Positions 1 to 9,298 of a stretch of 64,000 nt of DNA are shown here, piece by piece. The stretch covers positions 4,626 through 68,625 of the forward strand of contig JBMSEL010000007.1 of assembly GCA_049412325.1 (NCBI GenBank), written 5' to 3'. Both the position numbers and the translations under genes were made by a program. The notes under the pieces were generated by a model, which saw only the letters and a program-made list of their open reading frames with translations, did no database searches and had not been told where the DNA came from. The stretch is from Poseidonia sp. (GTDB taxonomy: Archaea > Thermoplasmatota > Poseidoniia > Poseidoniales > Poseidoniaceae). Positions within the stretch are counted from its first letter, which is position 1, and every line of letters starts with the position of its first letter.

Positions 1-1
1 C

Positions 2-73
2 GAAGACGGTGACATCAACGTCGACGACGGCGTGGTCGATGCCGACTTCGAAGTCGTTGAAGACGAGGACTGA
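2..73 (+). CDS. dnaK: 3' end of a chaperone, probably DnaK (partial, runs off the left edge)
   Basis: Frame 2 reads EDGDINVDDGVVDADFEVVEDED*, matching the acidic 'DDVVDA(D/E)FEEV' tail typical of DnaK; lies just upstream of a chaperonin gene. Confidence 0.6.
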   Translation, partial: EDGDINVDDGVVDADFEVVEDED

Positions 74-129
74 ACCCGAGCCTGAGCCCCAAGCGCTTGG
101 CTTATGGGGAAGAGGTCGGTGGACGGCGT

Positions 130-1725
130 ATGAGCGAAGTCCCCATCCTCAAGGAGACGACGCGAACGACCGGTCGTGAAGCCCTTCGCAACAACATCAC
201 GGCCGCCATGGCCCTTGCAGGGGCAGTGCGGACCACGCTAGGGCCACTGGGACAGGACAAGTTGCTCATCGACGACGAGGGGCGGACGATGGTCACCAAC
301 GATGGGGTCACCGTCCTTGAATCGGCCAAAGTTGAACATCCGGTGGCTCGCATGCTCATCAACGCCTCCACCACCCAAGACCGAATCGCTCGGGACGGGA
401 CGACCAGCGCCGTGCTCTTTTCTGCAGAATTGTTGCAGAATGCTTGGGAGTTGGTGCTGCAGGGCGTCCACCCTTCGGCCATCGCACGAGGTTATCGTCT
501 CGCTGAAGAGGCGTGCAGGCAACATTTCGACTCGTTGGTGATCGATGCAACCGGCGACCAAATGTTGGCCGCGGCCAAGACCTCGCTCTCTGGAAAGATT
601 CACCGGGCCATGCAACAACATCTCGCTGGCCTCGCCATCGAGGCTGCCCAAGCGGTGGTGGAAGAGCGCCCAGACGGCCCCCTTGCCGACCCAACCCGCG
701 TGAAAATCCTCACGCAAACGGGTGGAAGCATGACGGATTCATCGCTCGTCACCGGTTTGGTGTTGGCCAAAAAAAGAGTCACAGACCGCATGCCAAAGTC
801 GCTGACATCGGGTAAGGTTGCACTGGTTGACGGTGGCCTTGAACGGCGAGAGATGATGAGCAATCTCAAGCTCAATGTCGCCAACACCGGCGTGTTGGAA
901 AGCTTCCGCCAGCAAGAAAAAACGATGCTCCTTGACCAAATCAACCATCTTGTTGACCTCGGAGTTACGCTCCTCGCCTGCAAGGAGGGGATCGACGACG
1001 ACGTTCACGCAGCCCTCGCCGACGCTGGCATCCAGGCCTACCGTCGCGTGGCTCGTTCTGACCTTGATCTGTTGGCTCGAGGAACAAACGCTACCCTGAA
1101 CAACGACGTCAAAGGGCTCACCGCTTCTGATTTAGGCGTGTTCATCGCCAGCCGAAACGAACGGTGGAACGGCGTCATGCACTGGATTGTCGAAACCGAA
1201 GAGGGCGGAGCGACCTTCATTGCGAAGGGTTCAACCAACGAAACCGTGGGCGAAGTTGAACGATGTTTTGCAGACGCCCTCGGTGTGGCATGTCAACTGC
1301 TTGAAGAGCCGTACCTGCTGGCTGGTGGTGGTGCAACACAAATCGCTCTCGCTCGGCACCTGCGGCGCTTTGCCGAAGGGTTCGCTGGTCGCGAGCAATT
1401 GGCCATCGAAGCCTTCGCTGATGCGCTTGAAATCATTCCACGCACCCTCGCCCAAAACGCGGGTCTTGACCCGTTGGATTCCCTCTTACAGACAGTGGCC
1501 AAGCAAAGCACGCACGATGGTCCAGACGCCCACCACATCGGCCTGAACGTGGAAGAGAAAGTCCCCTCAAGCATGGTGGACGACGGTATTGTTGAACCAT
1601 TACGCATCACCCGCCAGGTGCTTGCTGGCGCCACCGAAGCGGCGCTTTCCGTCCTTCGCATCGACGATGTCTTGTGGGCCAAACAAGACCCCTCGATTCC
1701 AGAAATGCCTGAAGAAGACGATTGA
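130..1725 (+). CDS. Group II chaperonin (thermosome subunit)
   Basis: TTLGPLGQDK, VTNDGVTVL, VEHPVARML, (R)DGTTS, GGGATQ and AFADALEIIPRTLAQNAGLD motifs; start taken at ATG 130. Confidence 0.95.
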   Translation: MSEVPILKETTRTTGREALRNNITAAMALAGAVRTTLGPLGQDKLLIDDEGRTMVTNDGVTVLESAKVEHPVARMLINASTTQDRIARDGTTSAVLFSAELLQNAWELVLQGVHPSAIARGYRLAEEACRQHFDSLVIDATGDQMLAAAKTSLSGKIHRAMQQHLAGLAIEAAQAVVEERPDGPLADPTRVKILTQTGGSMTDSSLVTGLVLAKKRVTDRMPKSLTSGKVALVDGGLERREMMSNLKLNVANTGVLESFRQQEKTMLLDQINHLVDLGVTLLACKEGIDDDVHAALADAGIQAYRRVARSDLDLLARGTNATLNNDVKGLTASDLGVFIASRNERWNGVMHWIVETEEGGATFIAKGSTNETVGEVERCFADALGVACQLLEEPYLLAGGGATQIALARHLRRFAEGFAGREQLAIEAFADALEIIPRTLAQNAGLDPLDSLLQTVAKQSTHDGPDAHHIGLNVEEKVPSSMVDDGIVEPLRITRQVLAGATEAALSVLRIDDVLWAKQDPSIPEMPEEDD

Positions 1726-1778
1726 TGGGCCCGTGGCTGAAACCTTCCCTTCATATACTGAAGGTCAGAGCAACAAAG

Positions 1779-3350
1779 GTGCCCGTAGAAAGTAACAGCC
1801 CTGTCGGCATTGACGACATAGCGATTCATTTTCCTCGCTTGTACATGGACATGAAGGATTTCGCTGACCTTCGCGGAGCGGACTACGGCAAACTCAGCAA
1901 AGGCCTCGGGCTTGAAGCGATGGCCATCCCCGATGTCCATGAAGACACCGCCACGATGGGCGCCATGGCCGTGATGCAACTCATCGACCGAAACGGCCTC
2001 GACCCGAGGACCATCGGCCGCATGTACCTCGGCACCGAATCCGCTCTCGACGGGGCAAAGCCCACTGCGACCTACATCGTGGACATGCTCACTCAACGCT
2101 ACGCCGAGCGCTTTGGTGAAGACTGCTTCCGTACCTGCGACGTCGTCGACATGACCTTTGCATGCATTGGCGCTGTTGACGCCCTCCACACCACGCTGGA
2201 CTGGGTGGCGCGATCGAGTGAAAACGATGAGCGCCTTGGTATCGTGATCTTCTCTGACAACGCCAAGTACGCCTTGGAATCCTCCGGTGAATACACGCAG
2301 GGAGCAGGCGGCGGCGCCTTGCTCATTCGACGCAACCCTCGATTGCTCGAAATCCCCGACTGCATCGGCGTCTCGACCACACCGGTTCACGATTTCTTCA
2401 AACCCCGCCGAGAGGTATCCATTCGTTCCGTGATCTCCAACGTGATTCAGCTCGCCCAAGAAGCCGGTCAAACCGTCAAGAAAGGCCTCGTTGAGCGCAT
2501 GATCCGTCATCTGCCCAAATCCACCGTCAGGAAACTCGGCATCTTTGCGCACGGAGAGGAAAAGGTCAGCGTCCACCGAGACGACCCTATCTTTGATGGA
2601 CAATTCTCCAACCTGTGCTACCAAAACGCTGTTCGCCAAGCTTTCTTTGATTTTAGTAACAAAGCCGAGCGAGCGGGACGCATTGAGCCGAAGACGGACG
2701 ACCCCTTTACGCAGCAGTGGTCTCGCATCATCATGCATTTACCCTACGCCTACCAAGCCAAGCGAATGTTCCCTGACGTGTTCCGCCATGACCGTGAGCA
2801 CACGGCGATGTGGGACGATGTTGTGTCCGAGATCGGCCCCATGCCCGAACGCCCAGCCACCGAAGATGAAGAGTCGCTGGCCGCTTGGGAAAAGGAAAAG
2901 GACGCCTACCGCAGGAAGATTTCCAAAACCTCCCAGTACACCGAATTTCACGCTGAGCGCATCGAGAAAGGTCAGCGTGCGAGTAGCCTGATTGGCAACC
3001 AATACACCGGTTCCATCTTCCTGGCCTTGATGTCGACGTTCGAATCTGACCTCGAAGATAACAGCAACCTCGACAACACGTTGTTCGGTATGTGCGGTTA
3101 TGGGTCTGGAGCGAAAGCGAAAGTCTTCGAAGGCAAAGTGAATCCTCGATGGCGAGAGGTCGTGGCGACCTGGCGCTTGTTTGAACGACTTGCAGGGCGC
3201 ATGGCCATCGACCACGTGACCTACGAAAACCTCCACAAGGGAACCCAAGACAACAGCGTGATTGAGCCCAAAGGAGAATTCGCTCTCGTCGACATTGGTG
3301 AAGAAGGCGTTGAGGAAGGAGCACGCCGGTACCGGTGGATCAAGGCTTGA
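1779..3350 (+). CDS. mvaS: Hydroxymethylglutaryl-CoA synthase (bacterial/haloarchaeal type)
   Basis: VGIDDIAIHFP, GTESALDGAKP, FACIG (catalytic Cys), GEYTQGAGG, HLPY, GNQYTGSIFL and GYGSGA motifs; start uncertain (GTG 1779). Confidence 0.9.
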   Translation: MPVESNSPVGIDDIAIHFPRLYMDMKDFADLRGADYGKLSKGLGLEAMAIPDVHEDTATMGAMAVMQLIDRNGLDPRTIGRMYLGTESALDGAKPTATYIVDMLTQRYAERFGEDCFRTCDVVDMTFACIGAVDALHTTLDWVARSSENDERLGIVIFSDNAKYALESSGEYTQGAGGGALLIRRNPRLLEIPDCIGVSTTPVHDFFKPRREVSIRSVISNVIQLAQEAGQTVKKGLVERMIRHLPKSTVRKLGIFAHGEEKVSVHRDDPIFDGQFSNLCYQNAVRQAFFDFSNKAERAGRIEPKTDDPFTQQWSRIIMHLPYAYQAKRMFPDVFRHDREHTAMWDDVVSEIGPMPERPATEDEESLAAWEKEKDAYRRKISKTSQYTEFHAERIEKGQRASSLIGNQYTGSIFLALMSTFESDLEDNSNLDNTLFGMCGYGSGAKAKVFEGKVNPRWREVVATWRLFERLAGRMAIDHVTYENLHKGTQDNSVIEPKGEFALVDIGEEGVEEGARRYRWIKA

Positions 3351-3353
3351 GCC

Positions 3354-4406
3354 TTAGAAATCAAGCACGACTTTGCCGCAGTTTCCATCCATGGCCAATT
3401 GGACGGCTTGTTCGAACTCGTCAATTCCCATGCGATGGGTGACGACTTTGTCCACGTCGATGAGGCCGCGTTCCAGCAAATCGTGCATGGTGTCCCATGT
3501 TGACCACATCTTTCTCCCGTTGATGCCTTTGAGATGCAAATAGCGGAACACGACCTCGTTCATGGGAACCTCAGGAGCGCCGCCGCCGTACACGGACAGG
3601 ACGTTGACATAGCCTCCCATACGGGTGGAATAAATGGCGTTGGAAAGTGCTGAGGCAGCCCCTGAAAACTCGCAGCTGTTGTCCACGCCGCGCCCGCCGG
3701 TAGCCTCGAGGATGCTGCCGACCACGTCGTCGTCTTTTCCAAGCACCAGGTCGGCGCCGAGTTCTTTGGCAAGCGTCATTCGGTAGGTGTTGTCCCAATC
3801 CACAGCGATGACCTTGGCAGCGCCCATGGCTTTGGCGGCGTTCACAGCAAACAATCCAATGGGACCGAGGCCGTGAACAGCAACGGTTGCCCCCTCTACG
3901 GGGCCGCCCGTCAACGTGTGAATGGCGTTGCCTAACGGGTCCTGAATGGAAGCATGCCCGGGATCGAGCCCTGCGGGTACATGACGAGCGTTGACGGCAG
4001 GGACCACAAAGTAAGGGGCAAAGGCACCGTGGCCGTGGACGCCGAAGATTGAACCGTTCTCGCACACATGGGCGTTTCCTTCGTCGCAACGTGGGCAATT
4101 CCAGCAGGCAAGATGGCACTCAACGGCGATGAGGTCGCCGACCTTGTGAGATGAGACCCCTTCACCGACGGCCACGACCGTCCCGCTGGTTTCGTGCCCG
4201 GTGACGGTGCCGAGCGGAACGTTGTCCTGGCTCCATTGGTCCCATTTCCAGATGTGAATGTCCGTGCCACAAACCGAAGTGGACTGGGTCTTGATGAGCA
4301 CTTCGCCAGCAGCCGGCGTCGGCACGGCGTGTTCCTCCTTGGAAAAGCCACCAACCTCGGCGCGGGTCTTGGTCCACGCCATCATGATTGTCGGTATCGA
4401 TGCCAT
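3354..4406 (-). CDS. tdh: Zn-dependent L-threonine 3-dehydrogenase
   Basis: SVCGTDIHIWKWDQW, GHE, CWNCPRC...C structural Zn site, GLGPIG Rossmann motif, GINGRKMWSTW and GNCGKVVL. Confidence 0.88.
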   Translation of the reverse strand: MASIPTIMMAWTKTRAEVGGFSKEEHAVPTPAAGEVLIKTQSTSVCGTDIHIWKWDQWSQDNVPLGTVTGHETSGTVVAVGEGVSSHKVGDLIAVECHLACWNCPRCDEGNAHVCENGSIFGVHGHGAFAPYFVVPAVNARHVPAGLDPGHASIQDPLGNAIHTLTGGPVEGATVAVHGLGPIGLFAVNAAKAMGAAKVIAVDWDNTYRMTLAKELGADLVLGKDDDVVGSILEATGGRGVDNSCEFSGAASALSNAIYSTRMGGYVNVLSVYGGGAPEVPMNEVVFRYLHLKGINGRKMWSTWDTMHDLLERGLIDVDKVVTHRMGIDEFEQAVQLAMDGNCGKVVLDF

Positions 4407-4539
4407 GGCCCGCCCTCGGTGTATTGTTCGTCGGACCCCTTTTCATCCTTCGCTCACCATGACTTGGAGAACATTTGTCGAGAAGTTTCGGTATGTTGAT
4501 TAGGTAGGCGCGACGGCCTAAAAGCCCGTTGATGTTGCA

Positions 4540-6171
4540 ATGAAGTACGTCGTGGTGAGCGGGGGGGTCCTCTCAGGACTCGGAAAAGGCGTCACCGCCA
4601 GCAGCATCGGGGTGCTGCTCAAAGCCGCTGGACTGCGTGTCACTTCCATCAAAATCGACCCCTACCTGAACAGCGATGCTGGGACGATGTCACCGTTTGA
4701 ACACGGTGAAGTCTTCGTGCTCGATGACGGTGGTGAGGTTGACCTTGACCTGGGCAATTATGAACGCTTCCTTGACATCAACCTCTCCAAAGACAACAAC
4801 CTGACGACCGGCAAAATCTACGCCAAGGTCATCGAAGCCGAGCGTCGAGGCGATTACCTCGGGAAGACGGTGCAGGTGATTCCGCACATCACCGATGCCG
4901 TTCAAGATTGGATTGAGGATGTGGCAGCACGACCGGCCGATGGTAGTGAAGAAACACCCGATGCCTGCATCATCGAACTTGGTGGTACGGTAGGCGATAT
5001 TGAATCATCGCCGTACGTGGAGGCACTCCGCCAATTCCAGTTCCGAGTTGGGCGCGAGAATGTCACCTTCGTCCATGTTTCGCTGGTTCCTGTCCTTGGC
5101 CCCGTGGGTGAACAGAAAACCAAACCCACGCAACACACGGTCAAGGAACTGCGTGGGTTGGGCATCACGCCTGACATCCTCGTTTGCCGCTCCTCCTCGC
5201 CGCTCAACGAGGAAACCCGCAACAAGCTCGCAGCGTTTTGCCACGTCAAGCCCGAGGCCGTCATGTCGACCCACGACGTGCCCAACATCTACCACGTGCC
5301 GTTGATGCTTCAGGAACAAGGTTTGTGCGACATCCTCGGCGTTGACTGTTCCGCTACAGGGATGTTGGAGGAATGGAAAGCCATGGCCTACCACCTCGAC
5401 ACCTTGACCGAAGAAGTTCACATCGCGATGGTCGGGAAGTACACCGATCTTTCCGACGCCTACCTCTCCGTCATCAAAAGCCTGCAGCACGCCGCCATGG
5501 CCGTGGACCGAAAACTCGTGATCGACTGGATTGAGGCCAGCCACCTTGAGGACGGCTGGGACACCGACGAGCACAACATGGCCTGGACCATCCTCCGTGA
5601 TGCGGATGGCGTCTTGGTTCCCGGTGGGTTCGGGGACCGCGGCATCGAGGGAAAAATCAAGGCCGCGCACTATGCACGAACCGAAAGCGTCCCCTACCTC
5701 GGCATTTGCCTCGGGTTGCAAATCGCCACGATTGAATTTTGCAGAAACGTCTTGGGCATGACAGGAGCGAACTCCACCGAGTTTGAGGACAACCCCGAAC
5801 ACGCCGCCGTCATCTTCATGCCTGAAATCTCGAAAACACACCTCGGCGGCACGATGCGACTGGGGAGCCGACCGACCCTTTGGCAGCACGACGGTTCAAC
5901 CATTCGAGGCTTGTATGGTTCAGGGGAAGCGGTGGACGAGCGTCACCGGCACCGCTACGAAGTCAACCCCGACCTCATCGAACGCATCGAAGAAGCCGGG
6001 CTTGTCTTTGTTGGAAAGGACGAGTCGGGCCAACGGTGCGAAATTTTCGAACTCAACGACCACCCGTACTATGTTGGCGTCCAGTTCCACCCCGAATTCA
6101 AATCACGGCCCGGCAAGCCAAGCCCACCGTTCCTTGGCCTGCTGAAGGCTGCTTCAGGCCAATTGAACTAA
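4540..6171 (+). CDS. pyrG: CTP synthase
   Basis: [58 protein letters not shown] and QFHPE motifs. Confidence 0.98.
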   Translation: MKYVVVSGGVLSGLGKGVTASSIGVLLKAAGLRVTSIKIDPYLNSDAGTMSPFEHGEVFVLDDGGEVDLDLGNYERFLDINLSKDNNLTTGKIYAKVIEAERRGDYLGKTVQVIPHITDAVQDWIEDVAARPADGSEETPDACIIELGGTVGDIESSPYVEALRQFQFRVGRENVTFVHVSLVPVLGPVGEQKTKPTQHTVKELRGLGITPDILVCRSSSPLNEETRNKLAAFCHVKPEAVMSTHDVPNIYHVPLMLQEQGLCDILGVDCSATGMLEEWKAMAYHLDTLTEEVHIAMVGKYTDLSDAYLSVIKSLQHAAMAVDRKLVIDWIEASHLEDGWDTDEHNMAWTILRDADGVLVPGGFGDRGIEGKIKAAHYARTESVPYLGICLGLQIATIEFCRNVLGMTGANSTEFEDNPEHAAVIFMPEISKTHLGGTMRLGSRPTLWQHDGSTIRGLYGSGEAVDERHRHRYEVNPDLIERIEEAGLVFVGKDESGQRCEIFELNDHPYYVGVQFHPEFKSRPGKPSPPFLGLLKAASGQLN

Positions 6172-6701
6172 TCGACCAGCGCATGGCCAATGAGCAACAA
6201 CGCCACCGCCAAGACGGACATGGCTCGCTGCATGTGCAACAAACGAGATGCCTTCCGAATCTGTCGAGGAGGCGTTTTCCACATCATGAGCCCGCCGCTG
6301 ACCACCAACAACCAGAGGAAGAGCATCGCCACCCACAGCGTCCAATGCCACTCCAGGACATAGCCGTGAACCGTCCCAAGAACAACCGCCCCTAATCCAA
6401 TCCAAACATGGACCCGCATGAAGCGCCGGTTGAAGACACCGAGTTTCTTCTTGAACGGTCGGGCCTCAACACCAAAGCGTTCCGGGCCGTTGGTTCGCAG
6501 CCACTTGAACAACGGTTTCCACACCACGATCAGCAAGGTACCGACCATCAGCCATTGGGCCACTTCGCCCAGGCCCTCTGCGTCCAACCCGAACACTTGA
6601 GCCTCGTCGTCCTCCTCATCATCAACATCACCATCGGCGGATGCGACGGTCATCGGGACGAGAAGGAAAAGAACCACCAAGAGAGCCCTGAGATTGGCCA
6701 T
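6168..6701 (-). CDS. Small integral membrane protein with His-bearing helices (possibly heme-b binding, cytochrome b561/ferric-reductase-like)
   Basis: Signal-like N-terminus, acidic linker, 4-5 hydrophobic helices with His at HVWIG, VHGY, LLHMQ and IGH; start chosen at ATG 6701. Confidence 0.5.
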   Translation of the reverse strand: MANLRALLVVLFLLVPMTVASADGDVDDEEDDEAQVFGLDAEGLGEVAQWLMVGTLLIVVWKPLFKWLRTNGPERFGVEARPFKKKLGVFNRRFMRVHVWIGLGAVVLGTVHGYVLEWHWTLWVAMLFLWLLVVSGGLMMWKTPPRQIRKASRLLHMQRAMSVLAVALLLIGHALVD

Positions 6702-6818
6702 GGATGGTGTGCAATGACACTCCTGCTTAATGCATACGGATTCACGGTGAAGTTTCAAAGGTGGACGAGGAAGTTCTCGACCATGCTGAGGCGAGTCAGT
6801 GGCATGGAGTGATTCCGG

Positions 6819-7532
6819 TCAAACCCCTGATTGAAGCCACGCCTCGACAAGCCCGGGAAGCAACTCGCCGGCCTTGCCCAGATGAACCTCATCAAACGCT
6901 TCGACATTGAGCGGAGCCTCGGCGTTAACCAGCACGGTACGCGCCCCGTTGGCTTTGGCGATGTGAACAAGGTCGGCGGCCGGGTAGACATGGCCCGAGC
7001 TTCCCACCACCACGAACACCTCGCATGCATCCACAGCCGTGTAAATGGCTTCCATGTGCATCGGCATTTCACCGAACCAAACGATGTCTGGGCGAAGACG
7101 TGCGGGTTCGCTGCAGCACGAGCAGAGCAGAAAGTCATCGACGAGGTCACCGTCGTTCATTCGCACCTCGCTTCGTCCGCTCGCTTCGCAACGCAGTGTC
7201 TCAAGTTGACCGTGCATGTGAACCACATCGACACTACCTCCTCGTTCGTGAAGATCATCGACGTTCTGCGTGATGAGGGTGAAGTTGTCCAAACCGTCCG
7301 CCAGTTGTGCGAGGGCGCCATGAGCGGGGTTCGGTTTTACCTCATTGAGTTGGCGTCGGCGCGCCTGATAGAAGCGCCATACAACGGCGGGATTGGCTCG
7401 CCATGCTTCGGGTGTAGCCACGTCCTCCACCCGATGATTTTCCCACAGTCCATCGTTATCTCGAAAGGTTCGAATGCCAGATTCAGCCGATATCCCTGCT
7501 CCCGTCAACACCACAACACGTTTTCCTTGCAT
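6819..7532 (-). CDS. cobB: NAD-dependent protein deacylase (sirtuin, CobB class III)
   Basis: GAGISAESGIRTFR, TQNVDDLHERGG, HMHG, RPDIVWFGEMP and GSSGHVYPAA motifs; YxxR motif (FYQARR). Confidence 0.95.
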   Translation of the reverse strand: MQGKRVVVLTGAGISAESGIRTFRDNDGLWENHRVEDVATPEAWRANPAVVWRFYQARRRQLNEVKPNPAHGALAQLADGLDNFTLITQNVDDLHERGGSVDVVHMHGQLETLRCEASGRSEVRMNDGDLVDDFLLCSCCSEPARLRPDIVWFGEMPMHMEAIYTAVDACEVFVVVGSSGHVYPAADLVHIAKANGARTVLVNAEAPLNVEAFDEVHLGKAGELLPGLVEAWLQSGV

Positions 7533-7619
7533 AACGGTGTGACCTCCTCGACGCTATTTGAAATTCACAAGAACGATTCATGTCAGCCATGTTTCACAAA
7601 ATCGGACGATGTTCTGGCC

Positions 7620-8804
7620 TCAAAGTTCAGCCACCCGAATCAAGCGTGTGGTTCGGAAGCCCTGAAGGATTTTGATGAACCGCTTGGCTTGGAACTCAGC
7701 GTCAAGATCGTCGTCGCCTGTGTCGATGCGAACCGCTTCCAAGCCAATGAGTTTGGACGGCGTGGCAACACCGAGAATGTTTCCGTGGCCGATGGCGCGG
7801 AGGACATCGGGCGAGAGTTGGAGATTCCCTCGACCGATGAGAAAACCTTGGCCGCCCATAGGCGAAAGCAACAGAAGCAATGGACGCAGACCGTCGCCGT
7901 TGGTGTGAGCGCCAATCACCTCCAACAAGCCTTGTTCGTTGAGGTCTTGATGCAATGTGCCATCGTGCTGTATGTCGATACCAAGCAGCGTCAATTCAAG
8001 GTCCAAGTGCTCTCCCATCCTACGCAGGGTCCCACCGCTCCCCCAAACGACCATGAGGTCGGGCTCGTCTTCGAGCAACGTGCTGACGTGGTGGGCCAAG
8101 CCCTCGATGGTGTCCTCTTCGCTCACGCGCTCAACCTGCTCTTTCGCGCCCTGCATGAATCGTGGCGAGGAAGGCGTCCAGGCTTCGCCGTACATGCGCA
8201 CCTTCCACTCACCCTTGGCGTACACCGTTTCGTCAAGGTCCATGACTTCGGTGATGGCCGTACGAAGGTCACCTAGCGCAAAGGCCAAGGCCACTTCAGC
8301 AGCGGCTTTCGGTGTGGTTGCAAAGCAACCCGAGTGCATTTTTACGCCGCCAGGAACGCCGATGAGGGCAATGGTTTGCGCCTCCGGACCTGCTGCTTCC
8401 AAGGCGTTCACGATGTCGCGGGTCGTCCCGTCTCCACCGGCATAGAGGATGGCTTCAACCCCCGCCGCAACAAGTTCGCTCACCAATCGAGCGGTGTCCT
8501 CGGGTACGGTGCTCGGGGGGGTTGACCCTGAAGTGACAACAGAAACATGCGCCTCGTCGGCGAGTTCGGGCACCCAGGTATCGCCCATGCGACCCTCCCA
8601 AGCCACGAGGGTCAACTGGACCCCCGAACGGTTGAGCGATGATGAGGCGAGGGTGGCCAGATGGACAAGGCACTGGTTCATGCGAGGACCTGCACGGTCT
8701 TCAGCGCCCGCCGCTCGGGCTTCTGCTGCTCGGCCATCGCTTCCCTTGAAGCCCAATTTTCCACCGAGACCCGCGTCGGGGTTGACCACCAAACCGATGC
8801 GCAT
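7620..8804 (-). CDS. ATP-NAD kinase-like protein (COG3199-type)
   Basis: IGLVVNPDAGLGGKLGFKGSDG, GGDGTTRD, GVPGGVKMHSGCFA and GQGFLIGRGNLQLSP motifs. Confidence 0.85.
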   Translation of the reverse strand: MRIGLVVNPDAGLGGKLGFKGSDGRAAEARAAGAEDRAGPRMNQCLVHLATLASSSLNRSGVQLTLVAWEGRMGDTWVPELADEAHVSVVTSGSTPPSTVPEDTARLVSELVAAGVEAILYAGGDGTTRDIVNALEAAGPEAQTIALIGVPGGVKMHSGCFATTPKAAAEVALAFALGDLRTAITEVMDLDETVYAKGEWKVRMYGEAWTPSSPRFMQGAKEQVERVSEEDTIEGLAHHVSTLLEDEPDLMVVWGSGGTLRRMGEHLDLELTLLGIDIQHDGTLHQDLNEQGLLEVIGAHTNGDGLRPLLLLLSPMGGQGFLIGRGNLQLSPDVLRAIGHGNILGVATPSKLIGLEAVRIDTGDDDLDAEFQAKRFIKILQGFRTTRLIRVAEL

Positions 8805-8902
8805 GGTTCACGCTGGCGACACTCCCTCAAATAGCCCTGCTTTGGCCATTCTTGAGCCCAATTCACCCGAGGCTTCATGAGGAAGAGGAAGGATGGTCCA
8901 AC

Positions 8903-9217
8903 ATGAAAAGGGCACCAACCGACGAACCGAACCTTGACGACATTCTGGCCCGAGATTTTGCTGAGTTGAAGGTGGGGGAGGCCAACATCGCCTCGACCGA
9001 ACCCCCCAAAGAAGCAGAACAAAAAGCGGAGAACCCCTCCCTTCCAAAGGTGTACAATCAGCGTATTGATGCCGTGGAGGAACGAACCTCCTTTGCCGTA
9101 AAACCACCAAATTCGGCCCCCTCCGATGAAGCCTCGAAACCCACGCCTCCTGCGCCGCCGGAGGTGCTCAAATCACCCAGCGCACAACTTGGCGATGACT
9201 TCGATGTGGACTGGTAG
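8903..9217 (+). CDS. Hypothetical acidic, Pro-rich protein
   Basis: ORF fills the gap between divergent genes, has a purine-rich upstream stretch and ends DDFDVDW; no recognisable domain. Confidence 0.5.
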   Translation: MKRAPTDEPNLDDILARDFAELKVGEANIASTEPPKEAEQKAENPSLPKVYNQRIDAVEERTSFAVKPPNSAPSDEASKPTPPAPPEVLKSPSAQLGDDFDVDW

Positions 9218-9298
9218 AACGGTCATCAACGGCACGCTGCAAAGCGCGGGATTCATAGCGAGGTGGCAACCCCGTAGGGGTTGAGGAGCGCGACCTGC

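Noticed and set aside
1293..2738. Long antisense ORFs (e.g. 1293-2738, 6831-8276, 13943-15346, 30961-32319, 50635-51882)
   Set aside because: They shadow well-supported genes on the opposite strand, as expected from GC-rich codon bias, and show no recognisable motifs.
6819..7532. Sir2 as an anti-phage defence effector (Thoeris/DSR type)
   Set aside because: It is a canonical short CobB deacylase with no defence-associated partner genes.
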